Positions 54,656-64,000 of a DNA stretch of 64,000 bases are shown here, one piece after another. The position numbers were made by a program, and so were the translations under genes. The notes under the pieces are model-generated. The model saw only the letters and a program-made list of their open reading frames with translations, did no database searches and had not been told where the DNA came from. The stretch's first letter is position 1; each line of letters starts with the position of its first letter. The stretch comes from Savitreella phatthalungensis (Eukaryota): contig AP039689.1 in assembly GCA_051599415.1 (NCBI GenBank), forward strand, positions 620,001 to 684,000, written 5' to 3'.

Positions 54656-56236
54656 CTATCGACCACCGCCCATGCCTCCCATGAGATTTCTCATGGCGTC
54701 CATCATACCGCCGCCGCCTCCGCCTCCACCTCCGAGCATACCCATGAGTTGAGACATGTCTGGCATTCCGCCCGCGCCTGGGCCACCTCCTAGACCCATT
54801 TGAGCCATGCGTTCCTGCATCTTGCGCATCTGTAGTGGAGTAGGTCCATTAGGTCCCATGCCGGGCATGCCTGGCATGCCGCCTGCGCCTGCACCACCGC
54901 CCATCCTTGATGCCAGTCCATCCTTCCCGCCGACGCGCTTCACCATCCCACTGAACATCTTGTGTTGGGACAAGAGCTCTTCAACCTCTCGAACGGTAGT
55001 TCCAGAACCTCTTGCGACTCGAATCATACGTTCAGGCTGCTCTTGAAAACATATTCCATCGGAGTCGAGCTCCTTTTCCGTCATGCTGTCCATAATGTAG
55101 AGCAGGCGTTTGAGCCTCCGAGAAGTGTCTTGGTCGTCTGTGCCCATGCCACTCATCATCTGCGACATGCCTGGAATCATGCTCGCCATCTTTGATAGTG
55201 GCCCCATCTTCATGAGATTGCCGAGTTGATCACGCATGTCTCGAACGGTGAACTTACCCTGCTCGATGTGCTTCATCATCTCCTTGTTATTGTCGGCACC
55301 TCCGGTGACAGTCTTGACGTGCTCAATCAGTCCGGCAATGTCGCCCATACCCAGCAACTTGGAGACGAACGATTGCGGCGCGAACCGCTCGAGGTCGTAC
55401 ATATGTTCTCCCGTACCGATGAAGGAAATTGGTGTTTTCGTTGCGGCGACTGCAGAAAGAGCGCCTCCGCCACGCGCGTCACCGTCCATTTTCGTGATGA
55501 TGATTGATCCAAAATCAGAGGCTTCCTTGAACGCCCGTGCCTGCGCTTCAGCAGCCTGTCCGATAGATGCATCAAGCACCATGATCGTTTGATCTGGCTG
55601 GACAGCCTGAGAGATGTCCACCATCTCCTTGAAGAGTTCCTTCTCCTGCCTATGCCGGCCTGAGGTGTCGACGATGATGATCTCAAACTTTTCCTTCTTG
55701 AACTTTTCCACGCCTTCACGCGCGATCCGAACGGGGTCTGCTTCGGTATAAGAGCCAAAGAAGGGGATTCTGGCTTTCGTGGCGTTTTGCTTCAGCTGGT
55801 CAAAGGCGCCAGCGCGGAAGGTGTCTGCGCATACCATGCAAGCAGAGAATCCACGACGCTGGTAGTGGAGAGCGAGCTTTGTACAGCTTGTCGTCTTACC
55901 TGATCCTTGTAGACCAACAAACATAATGACATTCGGCCGCGCCTTGCGAGGCTTGTAAGGTTCTACACCAGAGTCCACGAGCTTCGTAAGCTCGTCGAAG
56001 ACTGCCTTCTGGATGACCTTCTTCTTGTTCGCTGTAGTGGGGATGTTGTCGAGGTTGACACTTGCCTTGATGGATTTACGAAGGGATTGTACCAGGCGAA
56101 CGTTGACGTCTGACTCAAGAAGCGCTGCACAGATCACCTTTAGCATATCGTCAAATGCCTTGTCATCGACAACGTTTGACTTCGTGAAATCTGAAAGGGC
56201 ATTGTTGATGCGGTTGCCGAGTTGGCCCAGCACCAT
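54656..56236 (-). CDS. SRP54: Signal recognition particle 54-kDa GTPase
   Basis: [27 protein letters not shown], Met/Gly-rich M domain. Confidence 0.97.
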   Translation of the reverse strand: MVLGQLGNRINNALSDFTKSNVVDDKAFDDMLKVICAALLESDVNVRLVQSLRKSIKASVNLDNIPTTANKKKVIQKAVFDELTKLVDSGVEPYKPRKARPNVIMFVGLQGSGKTTSCTKLALHYQRRGFSACMVCADTFRAGAFDQLKQNATKARIPFFGSYTEADPVRIAREGVEKFKKEKFEIIIVDTSGRHRQEKELFKEMVDISQAVQPDQTIMVLDASIGQAAEAQARAFKEASDFGSIIITKMDGDARGGGALSAVAATKTPISFIGTGEHMYDLERFAPQSFVSKLLGMGDIAGLIEHVKTVTGGADNNKEMMKHIEQGKFTVRDMRDQLGNLMKMGPLSKMASMIPGMSQMMSGMGTDDQDTSRRLKRLLYIMDSMTEKELDSDGICFQEQPERMIRVARGSGTTVREVEELLSQHKMFSGMVKRVGGKDGLASRMGGGAGAGGMPGMPGMGPNGPTPLQMRKMQERMAQMGLGGGPGAGGMPDMSQLMGMLGGGGGGGGGMMDAMRNLMGGMGGGR

Positions 56237-57547
56237 GCTTAAGGATCCTCTCCGACTTTCTGCGGGCGATGCTTCCTTGAAGACTTATAATAGACAAAGC
56301 GGCACTTGCGTTGACCACCTGGAGTCACCGGTGCGAACACCTCCTTGTAGCTGGGCGTGTGGTGCGCATTGATGTGGAGGGTGTACAGTGCGTGGATGAA
56401 AGGTGGGAATTGCTGCACGTGATCGTGATATTGAATGCACAACTGTTTGACAGGTCACACAAGGTGGACAAATTAGGATGTTTGTGCATATCTCAAGGAG
56501 TCTGCATAGAAACTGACGATCAGGTCAACATTGGAACAAGCATAAATGCGCACCAGGTATACCATGGCAGGGCTCTGGGTCAAGTTGCTTGATGTTTGAC
56601 TCCACGAGTACTCGATCGAGCATTCCAATCTCCAGTGAAACTGTGGATCTGGCCTGTCGCGTAACCTTTTTGAGAAATCTCATATGCTAGGTATATTGGC
56701 TCGATACGCCTTGGATATCGTGATCGGTCGTGCTAGCTGTCCCTCATGGACGTGCTCACTCATATCAGCTCTATTGTTCTGGCTTCGGGTGCGATGACCA
56801 AAGGGCAGGAAGATGTCCCTACCGGTGGTGTAAGGAAGGAAGATGAGGTTCGACTTGACGGGCGGATGCATGCGGTCGATCTCTGTGTTTGTTGGGAGTT
56901 CCCGAGGTCTAAAATGTTTGAGATCTTAAGATGAATCAAAAATCACGTCCGTTCGACTGATTGGGTGCCAAATTAACGAGAGCAATGGATATTCAACGCA
57001 ATATCGTCATGAACGCTGTACGCAGATTGATTGATTGATTGATACTGAACAGAATAGAATGTAATTTAACTATACAGTATAGATAGAATCAGTATCTGTA
57101 GGCAGTTCGGAGAAATCTAAGTGCTTCGAACCTAATTCGATCCTCCAATCGAATACGACAAAATTACCACCGGAACATCAATTGATACTCGACACGAGGG
57201 AGAAACTGACCGACCTATGTTGAAGAGGGGATCCGCCACTGCGTCAGAACTGAAACATTCCCTCACCAGCTCATCTTCTCTTCTGTGCACATGACCTTTC
57301 TCTCATTCTCTCTTTCTCCACAATCAAACGTTTGTATGATCCTGTGATCTCGTCTTATCCGGCTCGCTGTTGCTCTATACTATACCCAGGATCTTAGCCA
57401 GCCATACTCACGCATCTCGACATTCATCGACAACACACCAATCGTTATTGCAAGTCACTAGCGACGAAGCAGCATAGTCCGAACGTATATACCATTGCGC
57501 AGTCGGAATCCACTGTACAATCTCCTAGTCATACGCACTCGACAAAC

Positions 57548-57820
57548 ATGTCCTTCGAAAATTCGAGCCAGCTAAAGCCACGCTCGTCCAGAACGATTTT
57601 CTTGCCAGTGTTCGATGATTCCACTTCGGCAAGCGCTCTCGGTCAGTCCTCCTTCACGTCAGCAAGTCCAGCGCTAGACAGCGTCAGCACACCAGTGCCG
57701 CGAAGAGACAGTGAAGTTTCAATCGCATCGCAGGCGACATCCACAAGCTCAGACTCTCCGAAGATGCAGCCACAATCAGCGCGCAAGCCCAGCATCGATC
57801 TTGTCCCCATCTTTGAGTAG
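57548..57820 (+). CDS. Small Ser-rich hypothetical protein (90 aa)
   Basis: CAAACATG start context, CT-rich upstream region, long gene-free upstream gap; RRDS and RKPS sites. Confidence 0.55.
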   Translation: MSFENSSQLKPRSSRTIFLPVFDDSTSASALGQSSFTSASPALDSVSTPVPRRDSEVSIASQATSTSSDSPKMQPQSARKPSIDLVPIFE

Positions 57821-58051
57821 ATGGGTCCGGCTTAGCGAAGAACTTCTGCCAATGGAGAAGCGCGCTACGACCCTGCTGTCTGTAAATATCCACTGCGCTC
57901 ACCGCACATCACGTTCACATTTGCCTTCATCGAAGAGCGACGATTGTACATATACCCATCGAAGATCATTCACCAGTCCTGAACTGTTCTAGCGAAAATC
58001 CTTGCCAGTCTTGACCATGTGCCTATGCATCTGCCAGGCTTGACCATGTAC

Positions 58052-58902
58052 TTACGCTTCAATATCTTGTCTGAAAGCTGAAAGATCAAACACCTCGTCT
58101 CCTTCATCATCATCCATGTCCCCAAGAGTCTTGTCCCCTTCGAGCATCTGCCGGCCAGTAAGCTTGACTTCTCCCACCGCCGCAGGCTTCGACAAGCCTT
58201 GCTTATTCAGGAAGTCCCTTCGCCAATTCAAGAAGTACTCTTTTGTCAACGGCGTCATCTCCGCTCTCCGTGCCTTTCGCTCTTCTTCCTCCTGCTCTTG
58301 ACGCTGTCGTGCTGCCTCAATAGAACCCCATTTGTCGTCGAGAAGGCCGACAAAGATTTCCCTGCATGTCGTCGCGAGTGTGAACACCATCTGTAGCCCC
58401 AGATTCTCTTCGGCCGTCAAACGCAGCTGTCTTAAGACGGCTTCCCGGTCCTCTGCCGCGACTTCGAGCGCCGCTACCTCGTTCGGGTACAATCTCGTGA
58501 AACCGTCCTTGGCCAGCGGCCGTGTGTCTGCATCCCGCACATCCGGAGCGTCAGCACCATCATCCTCGTCACTCGCTGTCACCTCTAAATGCAACTCTGG
58601 CGCGACGTCAGGGTAGCCCGCTGGCAGCGTCGTCCGGAGGTATATCGTTGCTGAAGGGGGAGAAACGTTAGAATTGTCTTTCTCGGACTCGAATCGCACG
58701 GCTTACGCGGTCGTGGGTATTGTGTCTCTGAAGGATCGATGTCCAAGCGGATTCTGAATGTGTTCTTGTTGATACCTGTAAAGCCGGTCAGTCTTCGCCG
58801 TCCTGTATTTGGTCACGGTGGATCAGCATGCATACGCTCGAGCTCTTCGGGATATATAGATTGCAACACCTCCTCTTCCTCATTAACGACCTCCTCCGAC
58901 AT
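58052..58902 (-). CDS. GIR2: RWD-domain protein Gir2/DFRP2 (introns 58776-58835 and 58651-58706)
   Basis: Spliced MSEEVVNEEEEVLQSIYPEELE..YPDVAP..EENLGLQMVFTL..TKEYFLNWRRDF..KLTGRQM; both introns are canonical and keep frame. Confidence 0.92.
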
Positions 58903-59174
58903 CTTCTAAAGCCACTGTGTTTGGACTGACCAGCCAGGGGCCTGGTGGAACTCTTACGTCAATGTCAAATTAGTCTCCCACTTCTCTTTGTCTCCACGCT
59001 GCACTCGACTGAACGTCTAAAATAACTACGGCGCAACGCGAGATTTCACACTCAAATGCACGTATAGGAAGCTCCCACAACGCTTGAACGCCTAAGAGCG
59101 CAGTTTCATTCAAAGAACATATATACATCAGTAAGCTCTCGCCACGTATATACACGCAAGCCGTGGTCAAGAGG

Positions 59175-59870
59175 TCACAAGAAGTCCTTGCGCCGGACAT
59201 CATCTGCCTCGGAATTCGTATTTGGCGATGTGGCGCGGACAAGCACTCCGTCAAGCACCCAGATAGCGCCGTTTGTGGCAGTCTTCCTCGCCAGCACAGT
59301 GTACTTGCCTCCAGCCTCTGTCTCAACCGTCCAGTCATCTTGTCCGTGTGCGATCAGCTTAAGTTGCTGTCCCGAAAAGGTCTTGACCGTGCAGGATCCG
59401 TGCGGCGGCCAGTGTGAAACAAGGTGATCGCCAACGAATTTGGCAATGTTGCGTGAGGCTGAATCATCATCGTGTCGCGCTTCCTCGTGAACCTTTCCAT
59501 CAGTTGTTCCAAGCCAGGGTTTCTGCGGTAGAGCAACAATTGCCGAATTGATAGGCGCGAAGATCAGCGTGCCCATTTCAGGGTCATGTAATCGTCGGGC
59601 GATCTCATCAACTCCGAGCGCGTAGTCGCTCATGATTGAACAACGCTTCTCAATTCCGATAATGTCACCGAGCGTGGGCGCGCCGTCTTTGCGACCGCCA
59701 CTGTCGGGTAACTCCGGCCGCAACATCGCACCGTGGTCACGGTGCGGCAGCTGCGGACCAAATGTCAAGCTCAATCTGTCTCTCAGGCCGTCAACAATGC
59801 CTCCAAGACTGAGCGCCGACGCCAAAGGCAGAGCACTTGCTGCAGCCAAGGTGAAGATCTCGAGCCGCAT
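59175..59870 (-). CDS. Secreted FAS1 (fasciclin) domain protein
   Basis: Signal peptide, H1 motif TLIFAPINSAI..LPQKPW, H2 motif ATNGAIWVLDGVL. Confidence 0.88.
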   Translation of the reverse strand: MRLEIFTLAAASALPLASALSLGGIVDGLRDRLSLTFGPQLPHRDHGAMLRPELPDSGGRKDGAPTLGDIIGIEKRCSIMSDYALGVDEIARRLHDPEMGTLIFAPINSAIVALPQKPWLGTTDGKVHEEARHDDDSASRNIAKFVGDHLVSHWPPHGSCTVKTFSGQQLKLIAHGQDDWTVETEAGGKYTVLARKTATNGAIWVLDGVLVRATSPNTNSEADDVRRKDFL

Positions 59871-60191
59871 GGGTGGATAGGCAGATTAAAAAACTGGCGT
59901 AACGAGTATCAACGTACTTGTAGAGGAGAGAGTTTGTGCGGGCTCAAATTCGGTGGGAGGATTAGAGGGCGAATCAAATGCAAATCGCCCTCAGACCTAT
60001 CGATGAATCAGTCGCGTGACCTCCACATGGTCCACCAGCACAAATCTCAGCACCAACGCACGCGTGCACGAGCACCATCGTCCAGCGCCTTGCTGTTTCA
60101 ACACGGCAGGGGACTTATTGACCATGCTGGGACGATGTTATATACTATGCTATTTGTGGAAGTGCAGGCATTCTCGGATTAAAGCAGCAGA

Positions 60192-61067
60192 TCATTTGCG
60201 CTGGAATGGAAAGCCTAGACCGCTGACGAGCTGCTTGGCGTCATTGTCGTTCGTGGCGGAAGTATTGATGATGATGTGAAATCCCTGGAGCAGAGTATAA
60301 TTCTCGTAATTTGCTTCGATTTCATTGAAGCGTGACATGGCCTCTTTCGGCAAGCCAAAGGCGATGTTTCCCGTTCCGTCGCCTGTCGAGGCCGGGAGAC
60401 CACTGAAGTCCTTGAGTTGTGGAAGGACCGATTCGACGACAGTGCCCAAGAAATCAGTGGCTGCACTGCCTGTCAATTTGACCTGCAATGCCACTGGCTG
60501 TCCTTCACGCAGCTTCCAAGGATTCACTGACGTCTTGGCCTCGAGAACCTCTGGTTTGCGGCCAGTCATAGCCTGCAACGCCATGTAGACTGAGCTCAGC
60601 TTTGTCTTATCTAATACCGCCTCCTTGACCATCGTGTGCACAAAGACGCTTTCGACTTTCGGAATGTTGGCGAATGTGCGCTTCTCCGGCAAAGGCTTGA
60701 AAACCTTCTTTCCGCGCAGCGGCCTGTTCGATCTGTTTTTGTGATATGGTGAGGAGCCATCCCAAGTTCGAATCTCATTCTGCCGCCGAGGTTTCTCTTC
60801 TCCTGGTAACTCGCAGTCGAACTGCATCGTCATCAGGTCCTGTGCCAGTACCTCGTGATAGAACTCTTCGTACCGCGGCCGAAATAATTCGCGCGGCTCA
60901 TAGTGAATAGAATCTGGCCAGGATGCTGGCAGCGGTGGCCGCTTACTCAGAATCTGCTTTGTAGTCAGACCACGGCATGCGAGGCAGGGTCTAGAGGAGG
61001 TTGCTGTTTTTGCAAGCGTCACAGGCCGTGACAGCAAGTTGAAGCGTGCAGCGCCGCTGTTGAGCAT
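60192..61067 (-). CDS. MRPL7: Mitochondrial ribosomal protein uL5m
   Basis: WDGSSPYHKNR..RPLRG, WKLREG, DFLGTVVESVLP, GDGTGNIAFG, IIINTSA. Confidence 0.93.
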   Translation of the reverse strand: MLNSGAARFNLLSRPVTLAKTATSSRPCLACRGLTTKQILSKRPPLPASWPDSIHYEPRELFRPRYEEFYHEVLAQDLMTMQFDCELPGEEKPRRQNEIRTWDGSSPYHKNRSNRPLRGKKVFKPLPEKRTFANIPKVESVFVHTMVKEAVLDKTKLSSVYMALQAMTGRKPEVLEAKTSVNPWKLREGQPVALQVKLTGSAATDFLGTVVESVLPQLKDFSGLPASTGDGTGNIAFGLPKEAMSRFNEIEANYENYTLLQGFHIIINTSATNDNDAKQLVSGLGFPFQRK

Positions 61068-61213
61068 GTCTCAGTCGGAGTGAAATCACTTCTGAGTACC
61101 TACGAGCCTGCCAGTTGAAAGGAGGGGGTCTTTATCTGTCACGAGAGCAGATGACAGTCCCTATGAGGTTGTTGCAGAATAGATTGGTCCGCGTAGCTGT
61201 CCTGTAAATTTCT

Positions 61214-61229
61214 CCCTACAGTGTGACTT
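61214..61229 (+). promoter_or_regulatory. HomolE/HomolD-like elements (CCCTAC, TGTGACTT) in the MRPL7/RPS14 divergent promoter
   Basis: 7/8 match to the inverted HomolD box TGTGACTG next to a HomolE-like half site; both elements characterise fission-yeast ribosomal protein promoters. Confidence 0.4.
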
Positions 61230-61263
61230 AAGGTGCATCTCGTTGGGCTTTTTGTGCAAGCAC

Positions 61264-61663
61264 GTGAGCGTCTTCTCCAATCCTGCAAATTCAGCCACAG
61301 TTTCCATGAATTCAGTGTATCGTGGCGCATGCTTCAAAATTTGAACGGGAACGGGGACATGGAAAAAGAACATCAACAAGTATGAACACGGGAAACATTT
61401 TTGAATGCATTGAAAAGCGATCAGTCGACTCGAGTGATGAGAAAATTTGATTAATTCTGCGAGAGTGGCTATTCTGTGCGTATGCATGCAGGCACCTGGT
61501 GAGTGGACAATCCAGGCAACCGACACTCGCACACCCGCGCATAGCCAACCAACCTTGGATGCAGGCACGACACTCGCTAGTTGGCTGAAGATCTGAGGTG
61601 CGGTCAATTCTTGACAAGCAGGAATCCCTCATCATAACCACCGAGTAATACCTATACGGCCAG
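61264..61663 (+). other. Probable 5'-UTR intron of RPS14 containing a structured RNA element
   Basis: Acceptor CAG 61661-61663 lies 6 nt before the ATG. Candidate donors are GTGAGC 61264, GTATGA 61380 and GTGAGT 61499. The branch site is non-canonical (CATAAC or GTAAT). Confidence 0.5.
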
Positions 61664-61669
61664 TTAAAC

Positions 61670-62122
61670 ATGCCTCCGAAGAAGGTTGTCGCTGCCCCAA
61701 AGGAATCGGTCACCCTCGGCCCGCAGATTCGCGAGGGTGAGCTCGTCTTTGGCGTCGCCCACATCTTTGCCTCTTTCAACGACACTTTCGTCCACGTCAC
61801 CGATCTTTCTGGTCGTGAGACCATCGTCCGCGTTACCGGCGGCATGAAGGTCAAGGCTGACCGTGACGAGTCTTCCCCTTACGCCGCCATGTTGGCTGCC
61901 CAGGACGTCGCCGCTCGTTGCAAGGAGATTGGCATCACCGCTTTGCACATCAAGATCCGTGCGACCGGTGGTACCGGCACCAAGACCCCTGGTCCCGGCG
62001 CACAGTCCGCCCTCCGTGCCCTCGCCCGTGCAGGCATGAAGATCGGTCGTATCGAGGACGTCACCCCTGTCCCGACCGACTCTACCCGCAGAAAGGGTGG
62101 TCGCCGTGGTCGTCGTCTGTGA
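61670..62122 (+). CDS. RPS14: 40S ribosomal protein uS11/S14
   Basis: [25 protein letters not shown]...[14 protein letters not shown]; strong C/T third-position codon bias. Confidence 0.99.
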   Translation: MPPKKVVAAPKESVTLGPQIREGELVFGVAHIFASFNDTFVHVTDLSGRETIVRVTGGMKVKADRDESSPYAAMLAAQDVAARCKEIGITALHIKIRATGGTGTKTPGPGAQSALRALARAGMKIGRIEDVTPVPTDSTRRKGGRRGRRL

Positions 62123-62546
62123 GCGCTTCGTCGCGTTCGCAGTTGCACCTGTTTGTGGAAGTCTTTCTGGCCAATTCTTTCTGTCTCTTTGACAACATGG
62201 CTAAGATGACCGACTGCTCTACATGAGCACGACACCAAAGACAAAGCATCAAAAACAATTTCAAAAATGTCATTCATTTTCTGACACATCAGCCTATCCT
62301 GCTTCCTGACTCTCTCACATCTTCGTCATGTCTCGTCCTTGTCCTCAAGCAGATAAGCACACTTCTGAGTGTTTAGGAGATTTCAATTTTTTGATAGGTG
62401 CGATTCTTCGGCGTCAATCGTTATGACCGCTTGTATGCTACATGATCTTGCTCCTGAAGTGACAGCGTGAACGGGCCTATCGTGTGCTGTGGTACGCGTC
62501 GAATACCGCCAGAGGCTGGCCACGTTCGGGGTTTTGTGTGGTTCTC

Positions 62547-63011
62547 TCAGAAGCCTGGAGGGCGGACAGCAGCGGCTGGACCAGCCTGGCCAGCGACCTG
62601 GAGAGCAGGAGAGCCTGTTCCACCGAGCAAATCCTGGCTACCTGCCTGCAATTGCATAGCCTTCTGCTCTTCCTGAACCTGAGCCTCTGCTTCAACCGCC
62701 ATCATGAATGGGATGCCAATCAGCAGGAGAGAGGACGTGATTGCCCACAGTGACTTGCCGCCCAGCAGGGCGACTGTCGAAAGTCCACTCTTTCCCGTGC
62801 TCACGGCATTCGATAGGCGTGCTCTTGTCGGTGGTGGGATGATGTCCTTTAGAGCGACCAGTCGCTCGTATAGTGTCTCGTCGAGGGGCTCGTCCACCTC
62901 ATCTCCAAGCTCGCTTTCGCTGTCTGACTCACTGACATCAGTGTATTGGTCGTCGTTGGCGATATCATAGTCGTCCGTGACCTCCTCCAGGGTCATACGA
63001 CTGCGCGACAT
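62547..63011 (-). CDS. TOM22: Mitochondrial import receptor Tom22
   Basis: Acidic N-terminus, DETLYERLVALKDIIPP, GKSLWAITSSLLLIGIP TM segment. Confidence 0.95.
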   Translation of the reverse strand: MSRSRMTLEEVTDDYDIANDDQYTDVSESDSESELGDEVDEPLDETLYERLVALKDIIPPPTRARLSNAVSTGKSGLSTVALLGGKSLWAITSSLLLIGIPFMMAVEAEAQVQEEQKAMQLQAGSQDLLGGTGSPALQVAGQAGPAAAVRPPGF

Positions 63012-63400
63012 GGCTTCAAGGTCCTCAAAGTTTTGAGCGATGACGCTTTAACCTTGACTTCCAACTTCCTTTTCTTTCACTTTCCCGCCCTAGGAGTAGA
63101 GACACTTTGCAGAACTATGATCAGCGGCCCAGAAAATCAAGGCAGATGTTTAGAGAATGCTACATAGTCCGGCATATGATTGAATTAAATCAATGCAGGC
63201 AGACTATGTATGACAAGCAAAATGGGTCGTCGTCACACTGGCGCCTCGTTTGGGTGGGTTCAAAGCTTGGAAGTCAGGTACGCACTGACAAGGCGCTGCA
63301 CTGTGAGTCTCTGCTTTTATGCGAATGCAAATATCTTTGTACTGCCCGGAGAAGAATGCTCTGCTGAACTATGCTTAAGTTTCGATCGAACTAAATCATC

Positions 63401-64000
63401 TCACTGAGTGATCGTGTCAGCAGCGGGCTGGCTTTGCTGAAGCGTCCGGGATTGAGCGGCACGCATGGCATTCAATACTTCCACAGCATGCGTCGTTTCG
63501 AGATCCGGGTTCTGAGCGACGTCTCGCTGACACTTGGTCTCTGCAATCTCCTGCAGGATGTCCTTGGCTCCGTGGGTGGCGAGCTCGTCTGCGACATCAA
63601 CACCCAATTGCCACGCTTCAGTGTCCGTCTCACACTTGCGCTCTTTCGTAGCAACGGCATGCTTCGTACCGTTGAGGGATGTGACTGTGCCCGTGCAGGA
63701 CACAACTCCAGTTCGAGCATCATAGGTCGTCGCCGATCCAACTGGTACAGAACAACCACCCTCCAATCGCCTCATCATGCCACGCTCCGACCATGAGCAC
63801 AGTCGAGCCTCCAAGTTGTCGAGCGGCTGTAGCAGCTTGTCAACTTCATCGTCTTCCTCGCAGATCTCGATAGCCAGGACACCTTGTCCGGGAGCATGAT
63901 GCATGACCGGCTCGCCCACGAACTCGGTGATTCGCTCCTGTAGACCTAGCCGGATGAGACCTGCTGCAGCCAGAACCAAGCATGAGAAGCCATTGGCCGG
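63401..64000 (-). CDS. HEM3: Porphobilinogen deaminase, C-terminal part (5' end outside window)
   Basis: LVLAAAGLIRLG, HAPGQGVLAIE, ER..MRRLEGGCSVPVG dipyrromethane-binding Cys motif. Confidence 0.95.
   Translation of the reverse strand, partial: PANGFSCLVLAAAGLIRLGLQERITEFVGEPVMHHAPGQGVLAIEICEEDDEVDKLLQPLDNLEARLCSWSERGMMRRLEGGCSVPVGSATTYDARTGVVSCTGTVTSLNGTKHAVATKERKCETDTEAWQLGVDVADELATHGAKDILQEIAETKCQRDVAQNPDLETTHAVEVLNAMRAAQSRTLQQSQPAADTITQ

Overview
Gene-dense fungal nuclear DNA with about 40 protein-coding genes, few short GT-AG introns (about 50-80 nt, usually CTRAC branch sites) and very short intergenic gaps. Gene content and architecture suggest an early-diverging ascomycete (Taphrinomycotina, Taphrina/Protomyces-like); this is inference only. 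Most genes are housekeeping: ISM1, RPT6, SWI3/RSC8-type, SAM50, SSU72, STN1, BNA4, MRPL22, LSM2, ERG24, MMS19, EMC3, SPC2, CDT1, BET1, SEN2, WDR83-like, TUM1, RPB6, TOM6, TFIIB, URC4-like, DAP1-like, OXA1, RTT109, APM1, SRP54, GIR2, FAS1-domain, MRPL7, RPS14, TOM22 and partial HEM3. I rebuilt spliced models that the ORF track misses or fragments (STN1, TOM6, GIR2, SPC2, EMC3, LSM2, RPB6). I recognised no intact mobile element, tRNA, rRNA or CRISPR array. Best leads: (1) a structured, internally duplicated element in a probable 5'-UTR intron of RPS14, possibly an autoregulatory RNA or snoRNA; (2) an OB-fold-only STN1 lying tail-to-tail 35 bp from SSU72, its reported regulator in fission yeast; (3) a NADAR gene with an in-frame TAG at a conserved Leu; (4) a BORCS5/myrlysin-like gene. 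All family calls are by eye, without database searches.
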